From Bdellovibrionota bacterium (GTDB lineage Bacteria; Bdellovibrionota_C; UBA2361; OMII01), in assembly GCA_044356215.1 (NCBI GenBank), contig JBIKWQ010000019.1, positions 1 to 47,021 of the forward strand: a DNA stretch of 47,021 bases, given 5' to 3'. Below are positions 36,661 to 45,969 of the stretch, piece after piece (the stretch's first letter is position 1; each line of letters opens with the position of its first letter). Below the pieces are notes generated by a model. It made no database searches and had not been told where the DNA came from. It worked only from the letters and a program-made list of their open reading frames with translations. The position numbers were made by a program, and so were the translations under genes.

Positions 36661-39600
36661 TTAGAACATACTCCCCACAGAAAAATGCACCCTCACAGAT
36701 GGCTCGCCTGGACGCTCATCAAGTGGGCAACCAACGTCAAAGCCGATTGGCCCGATAGGTGAAAGGTACTGGAATCCAACGCCGACACTACGCCTTAGAG
36801 AGTTGTCGTAGTCCCCGTAGTGCCTTAGGAAAACGTTTCCTACATCAAAGAAGAGATGAGTACTTAATGAATCATCGGCAAGATACTGAAACTGAGTCTT
36901 CCCAGATAGCATGGCGTCTCCACCGATTACAGCTCCGTCATCACCCCTGGGTCCTAGAGAGTTCTCTCTAAAGCCTCGCACTGTAGTTCTTCCTCCGAGG
37001 TAAAAGCGTTGAGTGATCGGAACCTGACTAGTATCACCCCAGACCTGAGCTATTCCCCCACTTAAACCAAGTCCTAAAGAGTATCTAGAAGCTGGTCCCC
37101 CTAACGGAACGATCGCCGATGAGCGTGCTATCGCGGAGGCGAAGTTAGCTTCTGATCCGATCCCATCGAAGGCGACCTTAGGCTCAAGCGACAATGTGTA
37201 TCCACGACTAGGAAGGAGAGGATCATCACGTTTGTCGTATTTAATAACACCAGAGAGGAAGCTAAGCCTGATCGAGCCTTCATCTAACTCAGAGATGACC
37301 GCTCCCTTGGTCACATCTTGTGGGTTGTCGAGTACTAAAGAGTGTCCGGCTGACATCGTCAGGGTTGGGCTAAATTGTCGGAATAAGTATGAGCCAAAAA
37401 GGAGTCGATCGAGGTTGAATTCTTGAGTGGAAAGCTCCTGTCTCTGATATCGGATCTCCTCGTTGAGTGAGTATTGAGAGTCAAATAACTTAGGATCAAA
37501 ATATCTCAGATTCGTAAAACCTTGACTAATTAAACCTGACCCGTTGGGGTTGATCTGCGCTTGATCAAAATAAGTATCAACACGCATGGATAGAGTGCGA
37601 CCATCAGAGAATAGAGATTTGTTGATCGCCTCTCCGAAGGTGTGCAAACCGAACTCAGAGTTCGCTCCGAGACCTAGTTGCAGAGTTTGTAGTGGTCTTT
37701 CAACAACTCTGACCATTATTGGCTCTGAGACACTGTCGATTGAGCCATCGACAGCTATCACTTCTACTCGCGAAAATAGCCCGGTCTTTAAGAGCTCTTT
37801 CTTAGTGGCGCTAATATCCTCATCACGATACGGGGTTCCTGGGCGGATCTTAGTGGCCTTGCTGGCTGTGCTCTCCGGAATTCTTACAAGGCCATCGTAA
37901 ACTACACTTGCTACCATCGTGCGCGGACCAGGCTCCACCTCTAGAGCTATACTTGAGCCGTCTTGGTTAGGTTCAACAAACACGGCAGGAGATAAAAATC
38001 CCTCGTTATTAAGGGTCTCAATCACCAGGTCTGTAAAGATATTGATCCTCGGTAGTGAGAGATCTCCTCTAGGTGGAGCAGGCGGGGTAAGCTCCTTTGG
38101 ATAGCCATTTATGCTTGATATAGAAGCTAGCCGCGGCTCTCCCTCCTCAATGGTAAATTCAATATCGATTGAGTCCCCAGCAGGTGTTCGGTTTATTGAG
38201 TAGTTCGCAGCCGCGTTCGGGAATCCTTGGTGATGGTATACTGACACAATTGAATCGCGGAGCGCCTCAAGCCGCGCCGGTACCGCGTATTTAGGCTCAA
38301 GTCCCTCAGCTTGGTCTCGCATCCCCATATCTCGCATGGACTGCGCTATCTCTTGACGAGATAGCTTCGAGTTCCCCTTTAGGGTGACCCTTCTAACGCG
38401 CGTTGGAGCTTCCTCTACAATCTTTACCTTGTACTTTAATCTAGAAGGATCGGACCGATCTTCAGAGCTTGAGACTTGAGCGAATAGATAGCCATTCTCC
38501 TGGTACATGCGCTCAATATTCTGTACCAGTAAGGTGATCGTATTGTTTCCAAATGGGCGTTTGCGCGAAAACAGCTCGATGCTGTTAAGGAAATCATCGG
38601 CGCTAAATTCTTTGTTTCCCTCAAACTCAAACGAGATCGGCTCGTGCAGCTCCGAGCTTATGACAAGTGTAGAGTGGCCGGTCGCTAGATCATGTCGGTA
38701 GCTAGGAGTTACACGAGCGGCGATGTATCCGTCATTTCTCAAATCAAGAACTACGGCTCTCTCAATAGAGGCAAGCCTAGAGCTGGTCGCTAGTGAGCCG
38801 ATCTCCGCCAATGATTTAGCCTTAGCGGCGTGAGCCGGTGTAAGCTCGTCGCCCTCAAACTCAACAGCCTCTATTGTACTAGGCTGGCCTTCTACCACTG
38901 TAATCTTAAGATCCTGGCAGTAACTCTCTCCAGATAGGCAGGTGACTTCAACGGAAGCCCTCGTAAAGCCATTCTCAACCATGTATGAAACGATCTGATG
39001 CTTGATAAGATTCAAGCTCTCCGCTGATGTGGCGACCCGTGAAGATGGCCCTAGTCGAGATGCGTTTAAGATCGATTGCTCTGTAAACTCATCGTTCCCC
39101 TCGATCGTGATATTTACAAAGCGCGACTCTTGAGACCAAACAGTATAGGTTAGATCGGTCGATAAGATTGAGTTCTTCTGGGTACTGACGGTCTGGAAGA
39201 AGGCGTTTATGTCGAGCGATGGAGTGAGCGCGTAAACACCCCCCGCGCGCGAGTTGCTCACTGAGCTAAATAAGCTCTCTCCTAAAAGAGTCATACGCGA
39301 AGAGATATTCTTGCGGGCGATCACCGCTGGCTCGATGGTTCCGGTGAACTGATTGTAGGCCGGCTCGAATGAGAGAGTATCCAAGCGCGTTAAATTAGCG
39401 AAGAAGCTTCTAAAGCTAGAGAATGAGGTGTCAGAGATAAAGAACCTCCGGTCAGCTCCAAATTGCGAATCCATCCTTCCTTTAACACTGCTCTCTCCAA
39501 GCGGCCTAGAAGAGGTTAAAATCAAAAGTAGTTCACTCTGTGATAAGCCGCGGTCTGAGTTAAGTGAGAACTTCGGGCCGGTGAGAGGCCCCGAGGCGTC

Positions 39601-42387
39601 AAGAGTTACTAAGATACTCTCTCCGGTCGGGGCTCTTAAGTTGCCTTCGCCCGCGATCTCAAGGTGCGGAACTAGAGAAGATGGCTTAAAGGTGAGCCCG
39701 CCTGATGTAATGTCGAACCGATTACCCTTTAGTCCGACCCAACCGCTGAGGATCTGCATAGTGCCGTCCAAAACAGGGGAAGAGACGCTTCCCCGCGCCA
39801 AAAGGTCAGTATTTAGTTCCGCGCTCAAAAACGGGGTAACGATAAAGATATTTCTCGGAGCTGAGATCTTCACATCGAGATCGATCTCAACGTTCTGTTT
39901 CGAAGCTTTCGGTTGAATACGCGAAGGGACGAAGTACCCAGATATCGTATTCATGATGATCTTATTAATGTCGAAATCTTTGGCTACCTCGGCGAATGTT
40001 ATATCTACATTTCCTGCGAGTGCCTGGCGCTTGTTCTGGTTAGTGCCGAGAGTTAGATCGCCTGAGAAGGTGATAGTCGAGTCCTCAACCGGCTCAATTG
40101 TTACGTCCTTTAGGGTCGTCTTTAAAGATGAGTTGCTAGGATCGAAAGGCAGCAAGTTGCCAGTGACTCCAAACTTTCCTCCATTCACCGCGCCGTCCAG
40201 TTTATTAATTTTAATTGATCTTCCGGATAGAGAGAAATCGCCCGATATGTGGTGACCTCCGAGCTCCGGCGATGAGACGCCAAACTGACCGTTAGTGAGT
40301 ACCGCAGAGCCGGTGGCTGTCGGCTCTGAGAGTGGCCCCTTAAGATAGAGGTCCGTCTTTAAAGTTCCGCGTAGGTCGTCTAACGATGGCAAAAGCGGAA
40401 GGAGGGAGCTTAGTTCAAGCTTCCCTCGAGCTGACATATCAAAACCCTTGTTAATGCCAACTTCGCCATCAAGGAAGAGCGAGCTATCTAGAGTCGATAA
40501 CGTAAGGCCCTTTAACTGAAGAGCTCCTGAACGAACTGGGATCCTTGAGTCGCGCGGGGCGGATAGGGAGTAGGGGGCGCAGCCGATCGCAAGAGAGTTC
40601 ATCAAGAGCTCTCCCGAGCCAGCTAGGACCTGCTGAAGTGGGAAGGTATAGGTCAATGAACCCCCAAGTCTGCTGCATTCATCATCGTGCCCAAGAAGAT
40701 TCTTTAGTTTGGTTTCAGGTTGCGAGAATCGTAGTTTCCCTTCGAGTGTTTTTACAAAATCCGCTCCTAGTTCAATACTTCCTCCATAAGCAGAGTTTGG
40801 TAGCGAGACCTTTAACAAGCCGTCTTTAAGGGTTGTCTTTCCAGAGAAAGGATATCCGCCAGCTAGCGATGGAAATTTTATCGATGTATCACCCTGGCCG
40901 ACCAGCGATTTTAAATCCATCAGTCCGGCTAAGCGGGTTTGAGTGGTGATAGATATCGGGGCAAGTTTATCCTGATTAACTGGGAGTACAAGCGGGTATC
41001 GGAAATCCGCTAAAGTTAAATTACCCTCCGTAAGGGTTGGCTCTTTAGTGTTTAAAGCGATTACCCCGTCCCATTTAAGGCTACCCTGTGAGCGATTAGT
41101 GTTCTCGGCTTTGATTCGGACCTCGTCCTGAGTGAGCCTCACCTCGATCGCGCCGGGTCCAAGAGAGAATCCCTGCATCTGCATGTCGTCTGACTTAAGT
41201 AAAATCTCGGTCAGTAGACCATCCTTGCTCTCAGAGACGGTGATCTCGGCGTTAGATTGCGCGACAGAAAAAGGCCCGTAAGTAAAGCGAGGAACCTTGA
41301 CTCTAAATCCCGCGGTTAGTCCCGCGTCTGAGAAGGTAAGTGGCTCGGTTCCGGTAAGAGATGCTTCGCCATCTGAGGCGCTAATATTATCGAGCGTAAT
41401 TAAAGGATCTCCGTGATTGAGATCGATATTTAGAGAGCTACTGAATTTAGGGAAGCTCAGAATAGAGGCATTTGGAAGGGCCAGCATAAATGGCTGTCTG
41501 GGCGAATTATTGAGAGCCCCTGTGAGGATCGGGCTGCCCAAGGTTCCCGTGATCTCAGTTTGGCCGTTTAAAACTCCCCGCAGCCACTCTGGTAGTCCGA
41601 TATAATCAGTTGAAATGGTAAGGCGACTCTGTCCAGAGAATGTGTTGTGCTCATCTGATAAGGCCGTTCCTGAGGCCTCGATAGATGTGCGATCACGGCC
41701 GAGTATGAGAGATTTAAAGAGTGTCTGCGCCTCCTGAATGGTGATCGCTCCAGATAGTGGCCCCAGAAATAGCTCCTGTGGCGGTTCCCCTGGGCGTTCT
41801 CCGTAAGAGGTGTAACGAAAATCCGCTATTCGGGGTGTAAGCTCAAAGTCGTCTCCAGCGGCCTCTACCTTTAATGACACACCGGATCCTGAGATCTCAC
41901 TTGAGCCGAATGATTCGCGCAGAAATGAGTTCTTTACCTCGAGGGAATCGAGGATAACCCGCCATCTGTCGGGGCGATCTAGTTCCGGTGGGAGCGGTTT
42001 AGTTAGTTGGTCGATAAATCTAAAAGTCACCGAGTCAGGCCCAACTCCATCGGCCGTGCCCTCGTTTAAGGTTAGATTTTTTAGGTGCACCTTTTTGTCA
42101 CGGATCTCTGAGATATCAACTTTGGTGGTTATAGTTTTAAATGAGAGCTTTGGGGTTCCCTTCTCCATGATGCGCACGTTACGAGCGCGCGCCCGCAAGG
42201 TAGAGAAAGAGAGCGAGAGCGAGTCAAAAGCCAGAGAGCAGTCGCAAGAGGCCACTACCTCCTCTTCGAGGGCGGTGACGATCTCATTAACCAGCCAGTG
42301 TTTGGCGTAAAGCACTATTGCCCCGACGGTCAGGCCCAAGAAGAGGCCAAGAAAGGCTAAAGTGTTACCCTTAAATAATTTACGCAT
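36661..42387 (-). CDS. TamB (AsmA-like/DUF490) fused to POTRA repeats and an Omp85 (TamA/BamA-type) barrel
   Basis: N-terminal TM anchor; ~1090 aa of beta-rich TamB-like sequence ending in a DUF490-like segment (LSQSELLLIL); POTRA starts (ITIEGN, FEFEGN, TLKGN); barrel with DKRDD...P.RG, RFYLGG..TVRGF, SPIGPI and terminal F. Confidence 0.9.
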   Translation of the reverse strand: MRKLFKGNTLAFLGLFLGLTVGAIVLYAKHWLVNEIVTALEEEVVASCDCSLAFDSLSLSFSTLRARARNVRIMEKGTPKLSFKTITTKVDISEIRDKKVHLKNLTLNEGTADGVGPDSVTFRFIDQLTKPLPPELDRPDRWRVILDSLEVKNSFLRESFGSSEISGSGVSLKVEAAGDDFELTPRIADFRYTSYGERPGEPPQELFLGPLSGAITIQEAQTLFKSLILGRDRTSIEASGTALSDEHNTFSGQSRLTISTDYIGLPEWLRGVLNGQTEITGTLGSPILTGALNNSPRQPFMLALPNASILSFPKFSSSLNIDLNHGDPLITLDNISASDGEASLTGTEPLTFSDAGLTAGFRVKVPRFTYGPFSVAQSNAEITVSESKDGLLTEILLKSDDMQMQGFSLGPGAIEVRLTQDEVRIKAENTNRSQGSLKWDGVIALNTKEPTLTEGNLTLADFRYPLVLPVNQDKLAPISITTQTRLAGLMDLKSLVGQGDTSIKFPSLAGGYPFSGKTTLKDGLLKVSLPNSAYGGSIELGADFVKTLEGKLRFSQPETKLKNLLGHDDECSRLGGSLTYTFPLQQVLAGSGELLMNSLAIGCAPYSLSAPRDSRIPVRSGALQLKGLTLSTLDSSLFLDGEVGINKGFDMSARGKLELSSLLPLLPSLDDLRGTLKTDLYLKGPLSEPTATGSAVLTNGQFGVSSPELGGHHISGDFSLSGRSIKINKLDGAVNGGKFGVTGNLLPFDPSNSSLKTTLKDVTIEPVEDSTITFSGDLTLGTNQNKRQALAGNVDITFAEVAKDFDINKIIMNTISGYFVPSRIQPKASKQNVEIDLDVKISAPRNIFIVTPFLSAELNTDLLARGSVSSPVLDGTMQILSGWVGLKGNRFDITSGGLTFKPSSLVPHLEIAGEGNLRAPTGESILVTLDASGPLTGPKFSLNSDRGLSQSELLLILTSSRPLGESSVKGRMDSQFGADRRFFISDTSFSSFRSFFANLTRLDTLSFEPAYNQFTGTIEPAVIARKNISSRMTLLGESLFSSVSNSRAGGVYALTPSLDINAFFQTVSTQKNSILSTDLTYTVWSQESRFVNITIEGNDEFTEQSILNASRLGPSSRVATSAESLNLIKHQIVSYMVENGFTRASVEVTCLSGESYCQDLKITVVEGQPSTIEAVEFEGDELTPAHAAKAKSLAEIGSLATSSRLASIERAVVLDLRNDGYIAARVTPSYRHDLATGHSTLVISSELHEPISFEFEGNKEFSADDFLNSIELFSRKRPFGNNTITLLVQNIERMYQENGYLFAQVSSSEDRSDPSRLKYKVKIVEEAPTRVRRVTLKGNSKLSRQEIAQSMRDMGMRDQAEGLEPKYAVPARLEALRDSIVSVYHHQGFPNAAANYSINRTPAGDSIDIEFTIEEGEPRLASISSINGYPKELTPPAPPRGDLSLPRINIFTDLVIETLNNEGFLSPAVFVEPNQDGSSIALEVEPGPRTMVASVVYDGLVRIPESTASKATKIRPGTPYRDEDISATKKELLKTGLFSRVEVIAVDGSIDSVSEPIMVRVVERPLQTLQLGLGANSEFGLHTFGEAINKSLFSDGRTLSMRVDTYFDQAQINPNGSGLISQGFTNLRYFDPKLFDSQYSLNEEIRYQRQELSTQEFNLDRLLFGSYLFRQFSPTLTMSAGHSLVLDNPQDVTKGAVISELDEGSIRLSFLSGVIKYDKRDDPLLPSRGYTLSLEPKVAFDGIGSEANFASAIARSSAIVPLGGPASRYSLGLGLSGGIAQVWGDTSQVPITQRFYLGGRTTVRGFRENSLGPRGDDGAVIGGDAMLSGKTQFQYLADDSLSTHLFFDVGNVFLRHYGDYDNSLRRSVGVGFQYLSPIGPIGFDVGCPLDERPGEPSVRVHFSVGSMF

Positions 42388-42464
42388 GCCCTAGTTTTAA
42401 AAGCGCTCGGGGAGGCCCGAGACCGTGAGGATCTTAGCATAGTTACGGGATAAACCTAAGGGGG

Positions 42465-42485
42465 GGATTAGTTACGGGCGCTTAC
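42465..42485. mobile_element. Orphan IS66 terminal inverted repeat (right-end orientation)
   Basis: GGATTAGTTACGGGCGCTTAC is the reverse complement (19/21) of GTAAGCGCTCGTAACTAAGCC at 43545. Confidence 0.8.
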
Positions 42486-42700
42486 GCCTACATTTTGATG
42501 CAGAAATTCGCTTGGCATCTTCCGTTTAACAGGCAGGGCAAGATGTTTGCGCAGTTTGGACTAGAGATTGAGCGGGATGTGCTGATCAATACAGCGGTTA
42601 AGGTAGCCAAGCAGCTTGAACGAATTGTGAGACACAGGGCTCAGCAGATAAGAGAATCTAGCCTGTTCATATAGATGAGTGTACCAGGGCCGTACCATAA
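42486..42700 (+). pseudogene. tnpC: IS66 TnpC internal fragment (frameshifted)
   Basis: Manual translation: AYILMQKFAWHLPFNRQGKMFAQFGLEIERDVL...QIRESS, then a frameshift to VHIDE. Matches the IS66 TnpC K(Y/F)xxHLPxxRQ ... HxDE pattern. Not in the ORF track. Confidence 0.8.
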
Positions 42701-42762
42701 AATCGCCCCGCTAGCGGCCCTCCCCAGATGATCCCACATGGGGATCCCAAATGATCCCACTC

Positions 42763-43197
42763 CTATTCAAGAACCTTAAAAGACACTAAACTAATCTGCT
42801 GCCCAGGACGGGACTCAACCATCTCGCATAGAGCGGAAGTCAACTCATTGATTTCTTCCTGTGTCTTTGGCGGCTTTTCAACCGTAAGGACGGTATTGTC
42901 CAAGGACCTGACTCCGTCACTGTGCGATTGAATCGCGTAGCTCACAAAAAGGTGAATAGCAGCGTTACCTTGGATTAGGTTTTCTGTGCGTGCTGGCTGC
43001 TCTGCAGAGACCTGACTCTTTGGAAGAGCCCTTAGAACCGTTACAAGAGCGCTTAAATCTAACGACTTAAGATTTTCACCGTCTTCACTCAATTGCCTAA
43101 GGATGTCCAAGATTGGCCCTGCGAGAGCAGGATTAGCAGCTATCTTGCCTGTCAATTCTAGCGCTGCTTGATTTTTAGTTGTGATATCCAAAGTCAT
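42763..43197 (-). CDS. Hypothetical protein
   Basis: 144-aa ORF with AGGAG RBS; ATG overlaps the upstream TGA (ATGA). Confidence 0.7.
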   Translation of the reverse strand: MTLDITTKNQAALELTGKIAANPALAGPILDILRQLSEDGENLKSLDLSALVTVLRALPKSQVSAEQPARTENLIQGNAAIHLFVSYAIQSHSDGVRSLDNTVLTVEKPPKTQEEINELTSALCEMVESRPGQQISLVSFKVLE

Positions 43198-43364
43198 TGT
43201 ACTTCTCCTGTGCTCTCTCTTTTTCCATGCTCAACAGTATTGATCACATCCCTTGCGATAATGATCTTTTGAGCCTCAGAGATTTGGTCGGTTGAAATGA
43301 GGTGTGCAATTCGTCGCTGAATCTCCTCAATCACTGCTGCTTTTTCTTTTGTCTCCTCAGCCAT
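43194..43364 (-). CDS. Small hypothetical helical protein (56 aa)
   Basis: MAEETKEKAAVIEEIQRRIAHLISTDQISEAQKIIIARDVINTVEHGKRESTGEVQ*. Stop overlaps the next start; shorter than any ORF in the track. Confidence 0.6.
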   Translation of the reverse strand: MAEETKEKAAVIEEIQRRIAHLISTDQISEAQKIIIARDVINTVEHGKRESTGEVQ

Positions 43365-43438
43365 AAGTGCATTCTATTTGAGTTCAATTTCTTAGTCACG
43401 TTATGCAGAGTTAATTGGAACTAGTAGCACGCGTTTTA

Positions 43439-43451
43439 TAACTTGTTGATA
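43439..43451 (-). promoter_or_regulatory. IHF-consensus site
   Basis: Minus strand TATCAACAAGTTA matches WATCAANNNNTTR exactly, in an AT-rich tract. Confidence 0.4.
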
Positions 43452-43651
43452 TATATGTACATTTAGATTGAATTATTCTTTGGGTTTTACCCTGCCCGGG
43501 AGCTGCCGTCACGAAAAACCACTTAATTGTGAGGTACGACATGCGTAAGCGCTCGTAACTAAGCCCTCTATTCATTGCAATCTGAACCGGCTAAAAAGCG
43601 TGGCCTCGCCGTGATTTTACGCCGCGAGCTATAGTTGGAGGAGATTAAGCG

Positions 43652-43933
43652 ATGAGAAAGTATCGTAGCCAGGAGAAGTGCGATTTAATACTCGACGAGT
43701 ATTCGCGAAGTGGGCAGAGCCTTGAGATGTTCTGCCAGGAGCGAGCGTTGAATAAATCGAGCATGTATCGTCGGGTGCGGAAGCTGAACCAAAAAGGTAG
43801 TGAGTTTGTTGAACTACCGAGAGCTAGGCTGCCGCAGCATTATGAATTGAGCGCAAGAGGAGTTACGTTAAGAATACCCAGCAACGAAAGCGCGGCTAGA
43901 ATCGCCGACCTTGTCAGAGTTCTAGGATGCTAG
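43652..43933 (+). CDS. tnpA: IS66 accessory protein TnpA (HTH)
   Basis: YSRSGQSLEMFCQERALNKSSMYRRVRKL...FVEL...GVTLRIP; GGAGG RBS; overlaps tnpB. Confidence 0.88.
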   Translation: MRKYRSQEKCDLILDEYSRSGQSLEMFCQERALNKSSMYRRVRKLNQKGSEFVELPRARLPQHYELSARGVTLRIPSNESAARIADLVRVLGC

Positions 43934-44280
43934 CGATAGGTAGACGTCCGAGAGTTTATTTATCAAGGATACCGACCGACATGCGGTGCTCGTTTGAGGG
44001 ATTAAGCGCTAGGGCGCGCGGGGTAATACAGCAAGATCCTCTAAGCGGGCACCTATTTGTATTCCTGAATCGTCAGAGAGATTACATTAAAGTTCTTTAC
44101 TGGGACGATGGAGGGTACTGTATATGGAGCAAGCGGCTAGAGCGTGGCACGTTTGAGTTGCCGATGAGCACAGAATCACATCTAGAGATCGACACCAATC
44201 GTTTGATGTTAATGATTGATGGGATATCGCTTGATAGTGTGAGAAAAAGAAAGAGATTTGCGCTCAAAAATACAGATTAG
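43927..44280 (+). CDS. tnpB: IS66 accessory protein TnpB
   Basis: PTDMR.SFEGL, DPLSGHLFVFLNR and IKVLYWDDGG..IWSKRLE.G.F. Confidence 0.96.
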   Translation: MLAIGRRPRVYLSRIPTDMRCSFEGLSARARGVIQQDPLSGHLFVFLNRQRDYIKVLYWDDGGYCIWSKRLERGTFELPMSTESHLEIDTNRLMLMIDGISLDSVRKRKRFALKNTD

Positions 44281-44318
44281 TTAGTGCGTGAAATCGCGAT
44301 ATTTGCGGTATAATATGC

Positions 44319-44640
44319 ATGTCTGCGACTGAAAATAATCTCCTAGAAATCAACACTCAGTACGCGGAAGCAATCAAAGTCATCGCTGATAAAGATACTC
44401 AGATCGAGGATCTGCGCAAAGAGAATCTCCGTCTCCAGCTCCTTGTGAACTCAATCAGGTTTGGCTCTAAGAGCGAGAAGGTCGCTCCTGCAGAGGACAG
44501 CGGTAAGCAGGGATCTCTATTCGCGGCTACAAAGCTACCTGAAGCCACTCGGCAACAAGCTCAAGAAGAGAAGAAGATTGAGGTTCCGGCTCATACACGT
44601 AAAGCAAGGAAGCGTCATGCTGATAAAGATGGTAACCCAA
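44319..44640 (+). pseudogene. tnpC: IS66 transposase TnpC, N-terminal fragment
   Basis: Coiled coil, RFGSKSEK, Q.SLF and IEVPAHTRK; the frame runs into the IS4 end and stops at 44657. Confidence 0.88.
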
Positions 44641-45969
44641 CACTAGTGTCCCGCTAACTTTAGAACAATTTCAACTGGTTAGCTGAGCAACTGCTCTCTT
44701 CTGGGTCATCTACGTCACGAAACAGCTGAAAAATGGGAGTTTTTTCAAAAGTCGAGAGGCTCAAGGTCTGTAGAATAGTGTGGAGGCTCTGCTCGAGTTC
44801 AAGGCGCTTCTTAGCGATGGCGACCAGAACGTAAACTGGCACAGCGATCCAGATTTGAGTATGCACGGAGTACTCGGATGTACCGAAGAATGCCTTGATG
44901 CGAAGGTGCTGCTTAATCCACTTGAAGAAGCTCTCGATCTGCCAACGTGACTTGTAGAGATCGGCGATCGTTTCCGGAGCGAGCAAGAATTTGTTAGTCA
45001 GAAATACGAGCCGCTTGTTCGTTGTAGGATCTCGGAAGGCGATTCGGCGAAGCTTTTCCGGATAATCGTCGCACGATGCAACCCCTGTAAGCGTTATGGT
45101 TTGATCGGCGATGATACCGGTGCTTCGGTTGACCTTGTGAGAGTATATGCGTCGGAACTGAGTGTTTTTCTTGGCACGTGTAACAAAGAACGCCGCTGCC
45201 TGCGTGATTCGATAGAGCCGCGCATAGTCAAGGTACGCACGATCCATGATATAGATGGCCCCTGCTTCGAAAACGATTTTATCAAGAATGTTCACATCGT
45301 GCATATTTCCCCGTGAAATTACGATTACAGAGGGGATATTACCTCGAAGGTCTATGAGAGTATGGAGCTTTACTGCTGCCTTAGTAGACCGAAAATTTGC
45401 CCACGGAAAGAGCGATAGACATAGGTCTATAGTTGTCGAATCGAGAGCGTATACTGCACGCTTTAGTCGCACCGAGAGAGGATCCTGCGAATAGAGAGTC
45501 CGTGCCTGCTCAATCAGTACCATTGCGAAGTCGCGATAGATCCTCCAGTCACGTCGATCGTTCGCGCGAGCAAGCGTGGTGCGTGCCACTGTTCCTCGGA
45601 TGCCAAGATGGTAGAGCTTCTTACTCTTGGTTCGGAGGCACACCTCTATGTCGCGTAAGCTCTCCCTATACGTGAGCTGTGCGAATGCCATACAGAGAAA
45701 TTGATCCCAGCATGTGAAATTTCTCACTCGGTGATCACCACCATATCGAGCTACACACTTGCGAAATTCGTACTCGGTTATAAACTCCATCAACTGCGCA
45801 AAAATCATTTTTCCAGCGTGCATGTCGCTTCTCCCCATAGGTAGTCAATAGGGTAAAGTATAAAACTTTTGCGGGAATGAAATGAAATCGTCAAAACGAA
45901 AACAGTCGTTTTTGGTAAATGATTCAGGTGGTTGGCTTAGGTGGTCGAGAAGTTAACGGGACACTAGTG
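44641..45969 (-). mobile_element. IS4-family insertion sequence (1329 bp)
   Basis: 20-bp TIRs CACTAGTGTCCCG(C/T)TAACTT; a single transposase ORF; no flanking direct repeat. Confidence 0.92.
44660..45823 (-). CDS. IS4 family DDE transposase with DUF4372 N-terminus
   Basis: GKMIFAQL, QLTYRESLRDI, ALDSTTIDLCL, MDRAY and LYKSRWQIESFFKWIKQHL (YREK-like). ATG at 45823 or 45838. Confidence 0.95.
   Translation of the reverse strand: MHAGKMIFAQLMEFITEYEFRKCVARYGGDHRVRNFTCWDQFLCMAFAQLTYRESLRDIEVCLRTKSKKLYHLGIRGTVARTTLARANDRRDWRIYRDFAMVLIEQARTLYSQDPLSVRLKRAVYALDSTTIDLCLSLFPWANFRSTKAAVKLHTLIDLRGNIPSVIVISRGNMHDVNILDKIVFEAGAIYIMDRAYLDYARLYRITQAAAFFVTRAKKNTQFRRIYSHKVNRSTGIIADQTITLTGVASCDDYPEKLRRIAFRDPTTNKRLVFLTNKFLLAPETIADLYKSRWQIESFFKWIKQHLRIKAFFGTSEYSVHTQIWIAVPVYVLVAIAKKRLELEQSLHTILQTLSLSTFEKTPIFQLFRDVDDPEESSCSANQLKLF

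Larger units (their letters stand above)
43545..44640 (+). mobile_element. IS66-family element, 3'-truncated
   Basis: Left end GTAAGCGC... at 43545, then tnpA-tnpB-tnpC'; cut by the IS4 element at 44641; no tnpC continuation or right end after 45969. Confidence 0.9.

Noticed and set aside
42681..42697. GTACCAGGGCCGTACCA as a tRNA 3'-end att site
   Set aside because: No T-arm (GTTCRA) precedes it and it is contiguous with the tnpC fragment; it would need a match to a tRNA elsewhere in the genome.
42486..43544. The two IS66 ends as one insertion event with an 8-bp target duplication
   Set aside because: The outer flanks GCCTACAT and CGACATGC do not match directly or as reverse complements.
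43927..44280. TnpB as an RNA-guided IS200/IS605 nuclease
   Set aside because: This is the unrelated 117-aa IS66 accessory TnpB, with no RuvC or zinc-finger motifs.
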